Source: Thermovibrio sp. (GTDB lineage: Bacteria; Aquificota; Aquificia; Desulfurobacteriales; Desulfurobacteriaceae). From it: a DNA stretch of 64,000 nucleotides. Positions within the stretch are counted from its first letter, which is position 1. Each line of letters opens with the position of its first letter. Shown here piece by piece: positions 27,952 to 37,358 of the stretch. A program made the translations under genes and the position numbers. Under the pieces are notes generated by a model. The model was given only the letters and a program-made list of their open reading frames with translations, searched no databases and had not been told where the DNA came from. The DNA is taken from contig WFYG01000005.1 in assembly GCA_015490195.1 (NCBI GenBank), forward strand, positions 1,478-65,477, in the 5' to 3' direction.

Positions 27952-29121
27952 ATGTTAAGGTTTTTTACGGCTGGTGAGAGCCACGGCAAGGGAATTTTTG
28001 CCTACCTTGAGGGAATTCCTGCAAACTTCTCTCTTGACTTTGACTTTATAAACGGAGAGCTCTCAAGACGACAGAAGGGTTACGGCCGGGGCGGTAGGAT
28101 GAAAATTGAGAGAGACAGGGTTGAATTCCTCTCTGGAGTGAGGCTCGGTAAGACCCTTGGAAGCCCAATCCTAATGGCTATCTGGAACAAAGACTATAAA
28201 AACTGGGAAGAGATAATGAAACCGGAGCCGGGGGAGCTCCCTCCAGAAAAACGGGTTACAAGACCCCGCCCTGGCCATGCAGACCTTCCTGGAGTTCTGA
28301 AGTTCGGCTTTAACGATATAAGGAACGTTCTTGAAAGGTCTTCAGCCAGGGAAACGGCTGGCAGGGTTGCGGCGGGAGCTCTCTGTAAAAACGTTTTACG
28401 GGAGCTCGGCGTAGAGATTGGAAGTTACGTTGTTTCAATTGGTTCTGTAAAAGTTGAAGAAGAGGAGATTAAAGAGCTCCCCTTAACCGAAAAGTTTAAA
28501 AGAGCTGAGGAATCGGAGGTTCGGATTCCCGTTCCCGAAAAGGACTACCTCTTTAAAGAAGAGATAGACAAAGCGAGGAAAAAGGGAGAGAGTTTAGGGG
28601 GAACCTTTGTCGTTTTTGCGACAGGTATGCCCCCGGGAATTGGAGCACACACCCAATGGAATAAAAGGTTGGACGGCAGAATAGCCCAGGCCATAATGTC
28701 TATTCAGGCAGTTAAGGGAGTAGAAATTGGGCTCGGTTTTAAGGGGGCGGAGCTCTCCGGGTCAAAAGTCCACGATGAGATCTTCTACTCTAAGGAAAAA
28801 GGGTTTTACAGAGAGACAAACAGGGCTGGAGGCCTTGAAGGAGGAATGACAAACGGGGAACCCATAATCGTAAGGGCTGCAATGAAGCCGATTCCTACTC
28901 TCTACAACCCGTTAAGGAGTGTTGATATAGAGACGAAAGAGCCCTTTGAGGCATCAATTGAGAGATCTGACGTTTGTGCAGTTCCGGCAGCATCTGTTGT
29001 TGCAGAGTCTATGCTCGCAATAACTCTCCTCTCTGTGGTTTTAGAGGAGTTTCCGACTTCAGACTTTAGCAGACTGAAGAGATGGTGGGAAGACTACAGA
29101 AGAGAAGTTATGAACCGTTAG
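27952..29121 (+). CDS. aroC: Chorismate synthase
   Basis: [14 protein letters not shown]...RPGHAD...GGMTNG match AroC. The ATG at 27952 follows GGAGG. The ORF-track start at 27790 is rejected because it reads through the antisense of tRNA-Arg. Confidence 0.92.
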   Translation: MLRFFTAGESHGKGIFAYLEGIPANFSLDFDFINGELSRRQKGYGRGGRMKIERDRVEFLSGVRLGKTLGSPILMAIWNKDYKNWEEIMKPEPGELPPEKRVTRPRPGHADLPGVLKFGFNDIRNVLERSSARETAGRVAAGALCKNVLRELGVEIGSYVVSIGSVKVEEEEIKELPLTEKFKRAEESEVRIPVPEKDYLFKEEIDKARKKGESLGGTFVVFATGMPPGIGAHTQWNKRLDGRIAQAIMSIQAVKGVEIGLGFKGAELSGSKVHDEIFYSKEKGFYRETNRAGGLEGGMTNGEPIIVRAAMKPIPTLYNPLRSVDIETKEPFEASIERSDVCAVPAASVVAESMLAITLLSVVLEEFPTSDFSRLKRWWEDYRREVMNR

Positions 29122-29954
29122 AGCCTTTCTTTCATAACTATCATCGGGTCTGCCCTCTGCTCCTCAACGTAGAAGCCAAAGTGGAGGTGGGGGCCCGTTG
29201 ACCTTCCTGTTGATCCAACTTTTCCGACAACCTGCCCCGCCTTTACGAACTGTCCTTCCTTAACGGTTATTTTTGACAGGTGGGCATACAGCGTGTGAAT
29301 TCCGAGGCCGTGGTCAATGATTACCGTATTTCCTGTAAAGTAGAGGTTCCTTGCAAGAACAACTTTCCCTGAAAGGGCAGCGTGAACAGGCGTTCCCCTT
29401 TTAGCCCTGAAGTCTGTTCCCCAGTGGATTGAACGCCTTTTACCGTTGATTATCCTCCTTGCTCCGAAAGGAGTAGAGATAGAGAGATTCTTCAAGGGAG
29501 GATAAAGCTTCTCTTCTTTGAACTTTTTAGGAGTGACCTGGTGGAAAATTCTTCTCAGCAGCCTGCTTTCTTTTATGACCCTTTTCAGAAGTTTTCCCTT
29601 TAAAGGCCTTGTCTTTACCCATATTTTTGAAATTCTATAATGTTTGGGCTTTACCTTTTCCAGTTTAAAAAACGTTCTCCTTCCGTTCTCGTAGAGGGAT
29701 AGCGAGAAAACCCCTTGCTGAACTCTGTATGGAATAACAAAGAAAATCTCTTTCGCTCTTTTTGCACTTTTAAAGGTGTAACGCTTTCCTTTATATCCTA
29801 AAACAACTTTTAATTCCTTTACGGGCTGATCCACCTTAAACTTCCCAATGCTTCCGGGATAGGTGAACGGCAGGTAGAGTTTGAGGTTTTCTCCTGATGC
29901 TACGGAGGAAAGAAATACCGCTGTTAGAAACAGAGTAGTGAGGAACGCTTTCAT
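29118..29954 (-). CDS. M23-family (LytM-like) metallopeptidase, secreted
   Basis: It has a signal peptide and the M23 zinc motifs HWGTDFRA..GTPV and GSTGRSTGPHLHF. Confidence 0.85.
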   Translation of the reverse strand: MKAFLTTLFLTAVFLSSVASGENLKLYLPFTYPGSIGKFKVDQPVKELKVVLGYKGKRYTFKSAKRAKEIFFVIPYRVQQGVFSLSLYENGRRTFFKLEKVKPKHYRISKIWVKTRPLKGKLLKRVIKESRLLRRIFHQVTPKKFKEEKLYPPLKNLSISTPFGARRIINGKRRSIHWGTDFRAKRGTPVHAALSGKVVLARNLYFTGNTVIIDHGLGIHTLYAHLSKITVKEGQFVKAGQVVGKVGSTGRSTGPHLHFGFYVEEQRADPMIVMKERL

Positions 29955-30007
29955 AGTTTAGATTTTACCAGTTTAAACGGCAGGTTTCTTCTTAATCTTA
30001 AGTTAAA

Positions 30008-30103
30008 GTGGCGGAGGGGGCGGGATTCGAACCCGCGGTACCCCTTGTGGGGGTACACACGATTTCCAATCGTGCCCCTTCAGCCAGGCTCGGGCACCCC
30101 TCC
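30008..30103 (-). tRNA. tRNA-Ser (anticodon GGA), long variable arm. The anticodon stem appears to carry one extra nucleotide.
   Basis: The reverse strand reads GGAGGGGTGCCCGAGCCTGGCTGAAGGGG-CACGA-TTGGAAA-TCCGTG-TGTACCCCCACAAGGGGTACC-GCGGGTTCGAATCCCGC-CCCCTCCGCCA. The total is 96 nt. Confidence 0.82.
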
Positions 30104-30137
30104 GTGCAGAAAGCAAATATAGTCTATTTAAATAAGG

Positions 30138-30166
30138 TTGACAAGCCAAATCTCCTTTAGTAAATT
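30138..30166 (+). promoter_or_regulatory. Sigma-70-type promoter for the rplM-rpsI(-argC) operon
   Basis: TTGACA (30138-30143), a 17 nt spacer, then TAAATT (30161-30166), about 60 nt upstream of the rplM ATG. Confidence 0.5.
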
Positions 30167-30225
30167 TCCGCTGCCCGCTACATTTTCGGCGTTAAAACAA
30201 AACGCCATTTGTCTGGAGGAAACAG

Positions 30226-30654
30226 ATGAAAACCTTTATGCAGAGGAAGGAGGACGTTCAGAGGGAATGGTACCTGGTTGATGCTACAGGAAAGACCCTT
30301 GGCCGTTTAGCCTCTGAAATTGCAAAGATTTTGATGGGTAAGCACAAGCCCACCTACACTCCCCATGTTGACGGCGGGGACTTTGTAGTTGTTGTTAACG
30401 CAGAGAAGATTCACGCAACAGGTAAGAAGTTCAACCAAAAAATCTACTACAAACACACAGGCTACCCTGGAGGCCTTAAGCAGGCTACTTTAAGGGAGAT
30501 GCTTGAGAAGAAGCCCGAGGAAGTTATCAGGCTTGCAGTTAGGGGAATGCTTCCAAAGAACAAGCTCAGGGACAGGAGGATGAAGAGGCTTAAGGTTTAC
30601 GCAGGGCCTGAACATCCCCACAAAGCACAGAACCCCAAACCCCTTGAGCTTTAA
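30226..30654 (+). CDS. rplM: 50S ribosomal protein L13
   Basis: [39 protein letters not shown] is the L13 consensus. Confidence 0.95.
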   Translation: MKTFMQRKEDVQREWYLVDATGKTLGRLASEIAKILMGKHKPTYTPHVDGGDFVVVVNAEKIHATGKKFNQKIYYKHTGYPGGLKQATLREMLEKKPEEVIRLAVRGMLPKNKLRDRRMKRLKVYAGPEHPHKAQNPKPLEL

Positions 30655-30665
30655 CGGAGGAGATA

Positions 30666-31076
30666 ATGGCTGAAGTTAGATACTACGGAACGGGAAAGAG
30701 GAAAACTGCAATAGCAAGGGTCTGGCTGATACCAAATGGTGAAGGGAAAATCTTAGTAAGGGTTTCAAAGAAGAAAGAGATTCCTGCTGAGGAGTACTTT
30801 GGAAGGCTTGCACTTCTGAAAATAATGCAACAGCCCTTTGACGTTACAGGGACGAACGGAAGGTTTGACGTTTTCTGCACTCTTAAAGGTGGCGGAAAGT
30901 CTGCTCAGGCAGATGCTGTAAAGTACGGTATTGCAAAGGCTCTTCTTGCCTTTAACCCTGAGCTCAGGCCAACACTCAAGAAGGCCGGATTCCTGACCCG
31001 TGATGCCCGTATCAAGGAGAGGAAGAAGTACGGACAGAGGGGAGCCCGTGCAAGGTACCAGTGGTCAAAGCGTTAA
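30666..31076 (+). CDS. rpsI: 30S ribosomal protein S9
   Basis: [12 protein letters not shown]...G.G.I and the C-terminal LTRDAR.KERKKYG...AR...Q.SKR match S9. Confidence 0.95.
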   Translation: MAEVRYYGTGKRKTAIARVWLIPNGEGKILVRVSKKKEIPAEEYFGRLALLKIMQQPFDVTGTNGRFDVFCTLKGGGKSAQADAVKYGIAKALLAFNPELRPTLKKAGFLTRDARIKERKKYGQRGARARYQWSKR

Positions 31077-32094
31077 GGTTGCCGTTGTTGGCGCTTCTGG
31101 ATATACAGGGGCGGAGCTCCTCCGCCTCCTATCACTCCATCCTTATGTGGAAGTCATCTCCGTAACATCCCGCCAGTTCTCGGGAAAACCGCTGACGGAA
31201 GTCTTTCCCCACTTCATCAGAGCTCCCTTTGAGAACCTCACCTTTGAAAAATACTCTGCTGAAAGGGTATCCCAGGCAGACGTTGTTTTCCTCTGTCTTC
31301 CACACAGAGCCTCTTTTCCTATTGTAAAGGAGCTCTTCTACGCAAAAGAAGACCTGAAGATTATTGATTTCAGTGCAGATTTCAGGTTCTCAAATCCTGA
31401 AACCTACGAGAGGGTTTACGGAGTTGAACATACCGCTAAAGAGCTTTTTAAGGAGTCTGCATACGGTCTTCCGGAGATAAACAGGGAAGAGATAAAGAAA
31501 AAGAGGATAATCGCAAACCCCGGCTGCTACCCCACAAGCGCAATCCTTGCTCTCTACCCTGCAGTTAAGAAAGGTTTAATAGGCAGCTCCTGCCCTGTTA
31601 TCGTTGACAGTAAGTCCGGCGTTACGGGAGCGGGAAGGAAACCAAACCTTTCACTCCTCTTCTGCGAGGTTAACGAGGGTTTTAAGGCCTATTCTGTTGA
31701 AGGACACAGGCACTCTTACGAAATTGCTGAGAAGCTAAACCTTCCTGCTGTCAGGTTTACTCCCCATCTGGTTCCTATGAACAGGGGAATCATGACAACC
31801 GTTTACTTTAAGACTGAGGCAAGTAAAGAGGAACTTCTCTTCGTTTACGAAGAGTTCTACAGAAACGAATTCTTCGTAAGGCTCAGGAAAGAGCCACCTA
31901 ACACAAAAGACGTTGCCGGAACGAACTTCTGCGATATCTACGTGACAAAAGAAGAGTCAACCGGCCTCGCAGTTGTCATCTCCGTGATAGACAACATCGG
32001 AAAGGGTGCTTCGTCTCAGGCCGTCCAGAATATGAATATCCTCTGTAGTTTTCCTGAGGAAACAGGTCTGAAAATCTTCAGTCAGTGGATCTAA
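31048..32094 (+). CDS. argC: N-acetyl-gamma-glutamyl-phosphate reductase
   Basis: [20 protein letters not shown] and NPGCYPT (the active-site Cys) match ArgC. I chose the GTG at 31048 (after GAGGGGAG), which overlaps the rpsI end by 29 nt. The ATG at 31000 would add a non-conserved extension. The start is uncertain. Confidence 0.85.
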   Translation: MQGTSGQSVKVAVVGASGYTGAELLRLLSLHPYVEVISVTSRQFSGKPLTEVFPHFIRAPFENLTFEKYSAERVSQADVVFLCLPHRASFPIVKELFYAKEDLKIIDFSADFRFSNPETYERVYGVEHTAKELFKESAYGLPEINREEIKKKRIIANPGCYPTSAILALYPAVKKGLIGSSCPVIVDSKSGVTGAGRKPNLSLLFCEVNEGFKAYSVEGHRHSYEIAEKLNLPAVRFTPHLVPMNRGIMTTVYFKTEASKEELLFVYEEFYRNEFFVRLRKEPPNTKDVAGTNFCDIYVTKEESTGLAVVISVIDNIGKGASSQAVQNMNILCSFPEETGLKIFSQWI

Positions 32095-32171
32095 CTTTCT
32101 TTTCAGTTGTTCCTTTAAACAAATCAAAATATAATCTACCCTTAACTTAATCAAATCCCGGAGGAAGTTTT

Positions 32172-33404
32172 ATGGCATTGGTTGTTCAGAAGTTTGGCGG
32201 AACCTCCATGGGAAGTATAGACAGAATTGTTAATAAGGTAGCCCGGAAAGTCATAAAGGAGAAAGAAAAGGGTAACGACGTTGTTGTTGTAGTTTCAGCA
32301 ATGGCAGGAGAGACAGACAGGCTCATAAACCTTGTTAAATCAATAACCGATGAGCCTAACGAGAGGGACATGGACTTTGTTGTATCAACGGGAGAGCAAG
32401 TGTCTGCAGGTCTCCTCTCAATTGCTCTCAACCACATGGGCTATCCTGCAGTTGCACTTTCCGGCTGGCAGGCGGGAATTAAGACAGATAAAGCCTTTAC
32501 AAAGGCGAGGATTCTGGAAATAGATACAGACAGGATTATGAAGCAGCTGAAAGACGGAAAAATCGTTGTAATTACAGGATTTCAGGGAATTACAGAGGAA
32601 GGAGACATAACAACCCTTGGAAGGGGAGGTTCTGACACTTCTGCCGTTGCAATAGCTGCAGCCCTTAAGGCCGATAGGTGCGACATCTACACAGACGTTG
32701 ACGGAGTTTACACTGCAGATCCAAGGATTGTTCCGGAGGCAAGGAGAATTCCAGTTCTCTCTTACGAGGAGATGCTGGAACTTGCCTCTTTAGGTGCAAA
32801 GGTTCTTCAGATAAGGTCTGTTGAGTTCGCGATGAAGTATAGAGTTCCACTGAGGGTGAGGAGTACGTTTACAGAGGATGAGGGAACGCTTATTAAGGAG
32901 GAAGATGAGACGATGGAAAGGGTTGTTGTAAGGGGTATTGCCCACAACAAGAACGAGGCGAGAATCACAGTTGAGAGGGTTCCCGATAAGCCGGGAATTG
33001 CCGCAAGGCTCTTTGACGCCCTTGCAGAGGCCAACATTCCCGTTGACATGATTGTTCAGAATGTTTCCGTTGACGGCTACACGGATATTTCATTTACAGT
33101 TGAGAAAAACGACGCTCCAAAGGCTGAGAAGATAACGAAAGAAGTTGCGAAAGCAATTGGAGCAAGGGGCGTTATAAGGGACGATAAGATTGCGAAGGTT
33201 TCTATTGTCGGCCTTGGGATGAGGAGCCACGCCGGTGTTGCCGGAAAAGTCTTTGAAACCCTTGCCAAGTACGGGATCAACATTCTGATGATCTCAACCT
33301 CTGAGATAAAGATTTCCTGCATAATTGATGAGAAGTTTACAGAGCTTGCCGTCCGTGTTCTCCACGAGGCTTTCGGGCTTGATAAGGATGAAAGAGAGCG
33401 TTAA
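32172..33404 (+). CDS. lysC: Aspartate kinase
   Basis: [21 protein letters not shown] and [11 protein letters not shown] are present, followed by tandem C-terminal ACT domains. Confidence 0.92.
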   Translation: MALVVQKFGGTSMGSIDRIVNKVARKVIKEKEKGNDVVVVVSAMAGETDRLINLVKSITDEPNERDMDFVVSTGEQVSAGLLSIALNHMGYPAVALSGWQAGIKTDKAFTKARILEIDTDRIMKQLKDGKIVVITGFQGITEEGDITTLGRGGSDTSAVAIAAALKADRCDIYTDVDGVYTADPRIVPEARRIPVLSYEEMLELASLGAKVLQIRSVEFAMKYRVPLRVRSTFTEDEGTLIKEEDETMERVVVRGIAHNKNEARITVERVPDKPGIAARLFDALAEANIPVDMIVQNVSVDGYTDISFTVEKNDAPKAEKITKEVAKAIGARGVIRDDKIAKVSIVGLGMRSHAGVAGKVFETLAKYGINILMISTSEIKISCIIDEKFTELAVRVLHEAFGLDKDERER

Positions 33405-33612
33405 AGAAAAGATTGGAATCTATAAGGAAGTCTTTAAGAGCCTTTTTGTTTTGATGACCCTTATTGGAGGAGCTTCTGTCGCTTCTCTTTCCCGTGGACG
33501 TGCTGATCTATGGGCAATAATAGGGGCTGTTTCTACTGTATGGCTCGGAGTAATTTTAATTATGCTATGGCGCTACATGATTAACCTTACTGAGGAACTT
33601 GATGATGAGTGA
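33388..33612 (+). CDS. Small two-TM membrane protein, paralogous to 19822..20067
   Basis: I chose the ATG at 33388 ([31 protein letters not shown]...), which overlaps the lysC end by 17 nt. The ORF-track start at 33325 lies deep inside lysC. Confidence 0.5.
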   Translation: MKESVKEKIGIYKEVFKSLFVLMTLIGGASVASLSRGRADLWAIIGAVSTVWLGVILIMLWRYMINLTEELDDE

Positions 33613-33709
33613 GGAAACTGTTTCCCTAGTTTTAGTACTTCTTGTTGTTTTTACGTTTTTCCTTGTTACTGGTTTTATAGCGTTTTACCGGGGAAAGGAA
33701 GCAAAGTAG
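33602..33709 (+). CDS. Putative 35-aa single-TM peptide ([35 protein letters not shown])
   Basis: It overlaps the stop of the preceding small gene and has one TM helix. It is below the ORF-track cutoff. Confidence 0.3.
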   Translation: MMSEETVSLVLVLLVVFTFFLVTGFIAFYRGKEAK

Positions 33710-33716
33710 AGGAGTA

Positions 33717-35318
33717 ATGGTTATGGTTTACATATACGATACAACTCTTAGGGATGGAGCACAAACCAGGGGAGTCTCTTTCTCTTTGGAGGATAAGCTC
33801 AGGATAACTCAGGCTTTAGACGACCTTGGAATTCACTACATAGAGGGGGGCTGGCCCGGTTCAAACCCGAAAGACCTTGCCTACTTTGAGGCCGTTAAGG
33901 GGCTTGATTTAAAGAACGCAAAGATTGTTGCTTTCAGCTCAACAAAAAGGAAAGGTTTAAAGATAGAGGAAGATGCCAACATTCAGCAGCTTATAAAAAC
34001 AGAAGTTCCTGCAGTTACGGTTTTTGGAAAATCGTGGGACCTCCACGCAACTCAGGGGCTTGGAATCTCACTTGAGGAGAACTTAGAGCTCATTTACGAC
34101 ACAATTTCGTATCTAAAGCGCTACTTTAACGAAGTTTTCTTTGACGCAGAGCACTTCTTTGACGGCTATAAGTCCAACCCGGAGTATGCTTTAAAGACTC
34201 TATTGGTTGCTGAGGAGGCCGGGGCAGACTGTTTAGTTCTATGTGATACAAACGGTGGAACCCTCTGGTATGAGACTGAGGAGATAATAGATGAAGTTGT
34301 TAAGAAGGTGAAAGCTCCCTTTGGCATCCACGCCCACAACGACTCAGACATGGCCGTTATTAACTCTCTTATTGCCGTAAGGAAAGGGGCTGTTCAGGTT
34401 CAGGGGACTATAAACGGTTTGGGCGAAAGGACGGGAAACGCAAACCTCTGTTCAATCATCCCCAACTTAGTTCTAAAGATGAAGGTTGAGTCAATACCTG
34501 AGGAGAATCTGAAGAAGCTCTACTCTGTTTCAAGGTTGGTTTCGGAGCTCTCCAACCGCCCCCACCCTGTTAACCTGCCCTACGTTGGAGAGAACGCCTT
34601 TGCCCACAAGGCCGGCGTTCACGTTTCTGCCGTTGAGAAGAACCCGAAGCTCTACGAGCACATTGAGCCGGAAAAGGTCGGTAATAAGCGGAAGATTATG
34701 GTTTCGGAGCTCTCTGGAAAGAGCAACATCATCAGCAAGGCAAGAGAGCTTGGAATAGAGCTCTCCAAAGACTCTCCCGCCGTTAGAAAAATCCTTGAAA
34801 AGATTAAAGAGCTTGAAGCTCAGGGCTACCACTTTGAAGGGGCAGAAGGTTCCTTTGAACTCCTTTTGAAGGAAACTTTAGGACTTACGAAAAAATACTT
34901 TGAGCTAAAAGGTTTCAGGGTTCTAACTGAGAAAAGGTCTGAAAACGAGGAAGCCTACGCAGAGGCCACGATAAAGGTTGAAATTCCAGAAGAGATTGCA
35001 AAAGAGAGAGGGATAGAGGACAGGTTTGAACATACAGCCGCAGAAGGTAGAGGCCCCGTGGAGGCTCTTGATAAAGCCCTCAGAAAAGCCCTTGAGAAGT
35101 TCTACCCGTCGATAAAAGAGGTAAAGCTTACAGACTACAAAGTCCGAATCCTCAACGAGGCTGCCGGAACTGCTGCGTCTCCGAGGGTTCTCATTGAGTC
35201 AACAGACGGTAAGAGAAAGTGGGGAACAGTTGGAGTTTCTCCAAACGTTATAGAGGCTTCCTGGTTGGCTCTTGCCGATGCCATAAAGTACAAGCTTATG
35301 AAAGATGATGAATCATGA
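33717..35318 (+). CDS. cimA: (R)-citramalate synthase (LeuA-family, CimA type)
   Basis: [21 protein letters not shown]...[18 protein letters not shown] and HAHND are present, with a C-terminal regulatory domain; 533 aa. Confidence 0.85.
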   Translation: MVMVYIYDTTLRDGAQTRGVSFSLEDKLRITQALDDLGIHYIEGGWPGSNPKDLAYFEAVKGLDLKNAKIVAFSSTKRKGLKIEEDANIQQLIKTEVPAVTVFGKSWDLHATQGLGISLEENLELIYDTISYLKRYFNEVFFDAEHFFDGYKSNPEYALKTLLVAEEAGADCLVLCDTNGGTLWYETEEIIDEVVKKVKAPFGIHAHNDSDMAVINSLIAVRKGAVQVQGTINGLGERTGNANLCSIIPNLVLKMKVESIPEENLKKLYSVSRLVSELSNRPHPVNLPYVGENAFAHKAGVHVSAVEKNPKLYEHIEPEKVGNKRKIMVSELSGKSNIISKARELGIELSKDSPAVRKILEKIKELEAQGYHFEGAEGSFELLLKETLGLTKKYFELKGFRVLTEKRSENEEAYAEATIKVEIPEEIAKERGIEDRFEHTAAEGRGPVEALDKALRKALEKFYPSIKEVKLTDYKVRILNEAAGTAASPRVLIESTDGKRKWGTVGVSPNVIEASWLALADAIKYKLMKDDES

Positions 35319-36095
35319 GTTCTTTTTTAACTTGTTTTCGTATAATTTTTGAGCAATGTTGTAGCCTTTTGATGTAATTTTTATTATGGCTCCTCTTTCT
35401 CTTTTAAGTTTAACTATTAGGTCAGCTTTTTCCAGTTTGTGAATAGCTGAACGGATGGAGGTTTCTTTACCTTTTATTCCTGATACTAGATTCTTAAGCT
35501 CAATACCTTCAGGATATAACTCAGAGAGGACTAATAGGATTTTTTCTTTTAACGTAAAATCACCGGAAAACACAAATTTGCCACAGTATTCTTCTACTAA
35601 GTTGGGTTTAAATTTTGTAACTTTTATTTGATTAAATAATTCGTCCATCTCTGTTGGCTTCGTTAAATCTTTCAATATTAGAAGTTCCCTTAATAACCAG
35701 GAACATCCTTCAAAAGCAAGGTGTGCGTCATGTTCTCTAGGAAATCCTTTTTTAAAATGACCTCCTCCTCTTTTGTTTCTCAGAACGTAAATGCATTCAA
35801 CAACCGTTGGCATTATGGTTCTTAATGTGTCTTCTAATTGATTTTTTGGCAGGCTTTTTAGTCTATCTAACTCTCTTTTAACATGAATTTCCTCATTAAG
35901 AGGAGTATAAGGGATGCCTGCTAATTCCTGTAAGATTCTTGTAAAAATTTCACAAAATTTTCCACTTTTTTCGAGGCATCTTTCGTAATCTTTCTTTAAA
36001 AAAGAAACTTGAAGTTGGAAAAAGCAATTGCTTATGCTTTCTGCTAAAGAATCGTCACTTAAAATCTTGAGAAGTAGAGTTCTAAGTTTATCCAC
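35313..36095 (-). CDS. HEPN-like (Abi_C-type) domain protein with a C-terminal winged-helix domain
   Basis: [10 protein letters not shown] is an Rx6H motif of the kind seen in Abi_C/HEPN families. The C-terminal [16 protein letters not shown]...ITSKGYNIA resembles a wHTH. The GTG start overlaps the upstream stop (TAGTG). The local sequence is AT-rich. Confidence 0.5.
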   Translation of the reverse strand: MDKLRTLLLKILSDDSLAESISNCFFQLQVSFLKKDYERCLEKSGKFCEIFTRILQELAGIPYTPLNEEIHVKRELDRLKSLPKNQLEDTLRTIMPTVVECIYVLRNKRGGGHFKKGFPREHDAHLAFEGCSWLLRELLILKDLTKPTEMDELFNQIKVTKFKPNLVEEYCGKFVFSGDFTLKEKILLVLSELYPEGIELKNLVSGIKGKETSIRSAIHKLEKADLIVKLKRERGAIIKITSKGYNIAQKLYENKLKKNS

Positions 36096-36582
36096 TATTT
36101 CTTCTTGGGAAACAGGTTTTCAACAGTATATATACCATGCTCAGTAATTCGGTATTTCTTTGTTGGAGTCCTCTCAAACCATCTTTTTTTTCTTGCACAG
36201 TCTATTATTGTCTGGCCAATATTTTTAGGGGGTTTAACCTTTGTTTCAACCCAGCGTTTTTTAAGGTCATCCGCCGTAAACTCTTCCTGTCCTTCATACT
36301 TATACAGATAGTAAGCAATGATTAAAGCTGCATCCTGTGCGCTTTTAGGTTTCTTCTGTTGGGAGAATTCGGCAAGAGTAATCTTCTTATGAGCTGAAAT
36401 ATCATGATTTTCAGGGAGGTTACTGTCTTTTTGATTTAGAGGTACAATGTTTTGACCGGCTATTTGTAGTAGATCTTCCTTTAATAGCTTGATAGTAGAT
36501 TGTTTTCTATAAAATCCCTATCTCCTTCCATCTCTATTGCAATTCCATTTAATTCAATTTTTACTTTGCACATTTTTTCCAT
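36095..36582 (-). pseudogene. Frameshifted gene for a roughly 160-aa protein with a wHTH-like C-terminus, upstream partner of the HEPN-wHTH gene
   Basis: The ATG at 36582 (GGAGG SD) opens MEKMCKVKIELNGIAIEMEGDRDFIENNLLSSY*. The -1 (equivalently +2) reading frame then runs QSTIKLLKEDLLQIAGQ...TADDLKKRWVETKV...RITEHGIYTVENLFPKKK* with no start codon of its own. Confidence 0.5.
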
Positions 36583-36707
36583 CTCTGTACCTCCTTTTTG
36601 GAGTTGAGATGTTTATTGTTAAAATAAATTTTGAAAATTTTACCTTTTCCTTCTATTGTTTTCTTTAACGATTTTTAAAGGTTAAAACTGATGTTTAGGA
36701 GGGATAT

Positions 36708-37256
36708 ATGAATAGTAATGTAAAGATTTTAGGGGGATTGGGTTCTCTTTTTCTCGTTTTGAGCTTTATCCCTTACCTTGGAGCCGTTTTAGGTATTGCA
36801 GGACTAATTCTCCTGATTGTGGCGGTTAAGCAGTTTGCAGATGGTGAGGGCAGAGGGGAAATCTTTTCCGTTTTCCTTAAAGGAATTCTTGTCAGCATCA
36901 TCGGTGGCATTGTTGGTGCGGTTATCATGTTTGCAGGATTTGCTTCTGCTGCGACGGGGGATTCTGGAGCTTTAGGCTGGTTCATTGGTGGAATTGGAGG
37001 ACTGATAGTTTACGCTTCCTCTGTTTACGGAAACTACTATATAAAGCAGGCCTTTGAGGAGATAGCTCTTTTAACGGGAAACACCCTCTTTGCCTGGGCT
37101 GGAAAGCTCCTTTTCTGGGGAGCAATTCTGATGATTATTCTAATTGGAAGCCTTGTTGTGTGGGTTGGCTGGATACTTTCTGCCGTGGCGTTCTTTACCA
37201 CAGAGGAGAAGAAAAACGGAAGTGTTGTAGAGAGCTCCGGCCAGAGTGTTGAGTAA
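36708..37256 (+). CDS. Multi-pass membrane protein, DUF996-like
   Basis: ILGGLGSLFLVLSFIPYLGAVLGIAGLILLIVAVKQFAD resembles the DUF996 N-terminal signature, and four hydrophobic segments are present. Confidence 0.5.
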   Translation: MNSNVKILGGLGSLFLVLSFIPYLGAVLGIAGLILLIVAVKQFADGEGRGEIFSVFLKGILVSIIGGIVGAVIMFAGFASAATGDSGALGWFIGGIGGLIVYASSVYGNYYIKQAFEEIALLTGNTLFAWAGKLLFWGAILMIILIGSLVVWVGWILSAVAFFTTEEKKNGSVVESSGQSVE

Positions 37257-37358
37257 GGGAGCTCCGCAACCTCAAGAGAGACTACCAGTTCTACCTGAGG
37301 GAACTTGAGAGGCTTATGGAGTCTCTAAAAGGAAGAATCTGCCAGGTTCAGGAAAGGT

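Noticed and set aside
36105-36325. Two overlapping plus-strand ORFs (68 and 62 aa)
   Set aside because: They are antisense to the frameshifted wHTH gene, whose minus-strand translation is much more protein-like.
34764-37231. Using GAGCTC-free stretches as a stand-alone marker of horizontally acquired DNA
   Set aside because: Equally long motif-free stretches occur in core genes (about 31.33-34.08 kb, argC-lysC-cimA). Motif absence supports island calls but is not sufficient evidence by itself.
37257-37358. ORF-like sequence (..RNLKRDYQFYLRELERLMESLKGRICQVQERFSL*) in the 100-nt gap between the DUF996-like gene and mutS
   Set aside because: It has no start codon or SD and is very short. It may be a remnant of a disrupted gene at the islet boundary, but this cannot be supported from sequence alone.
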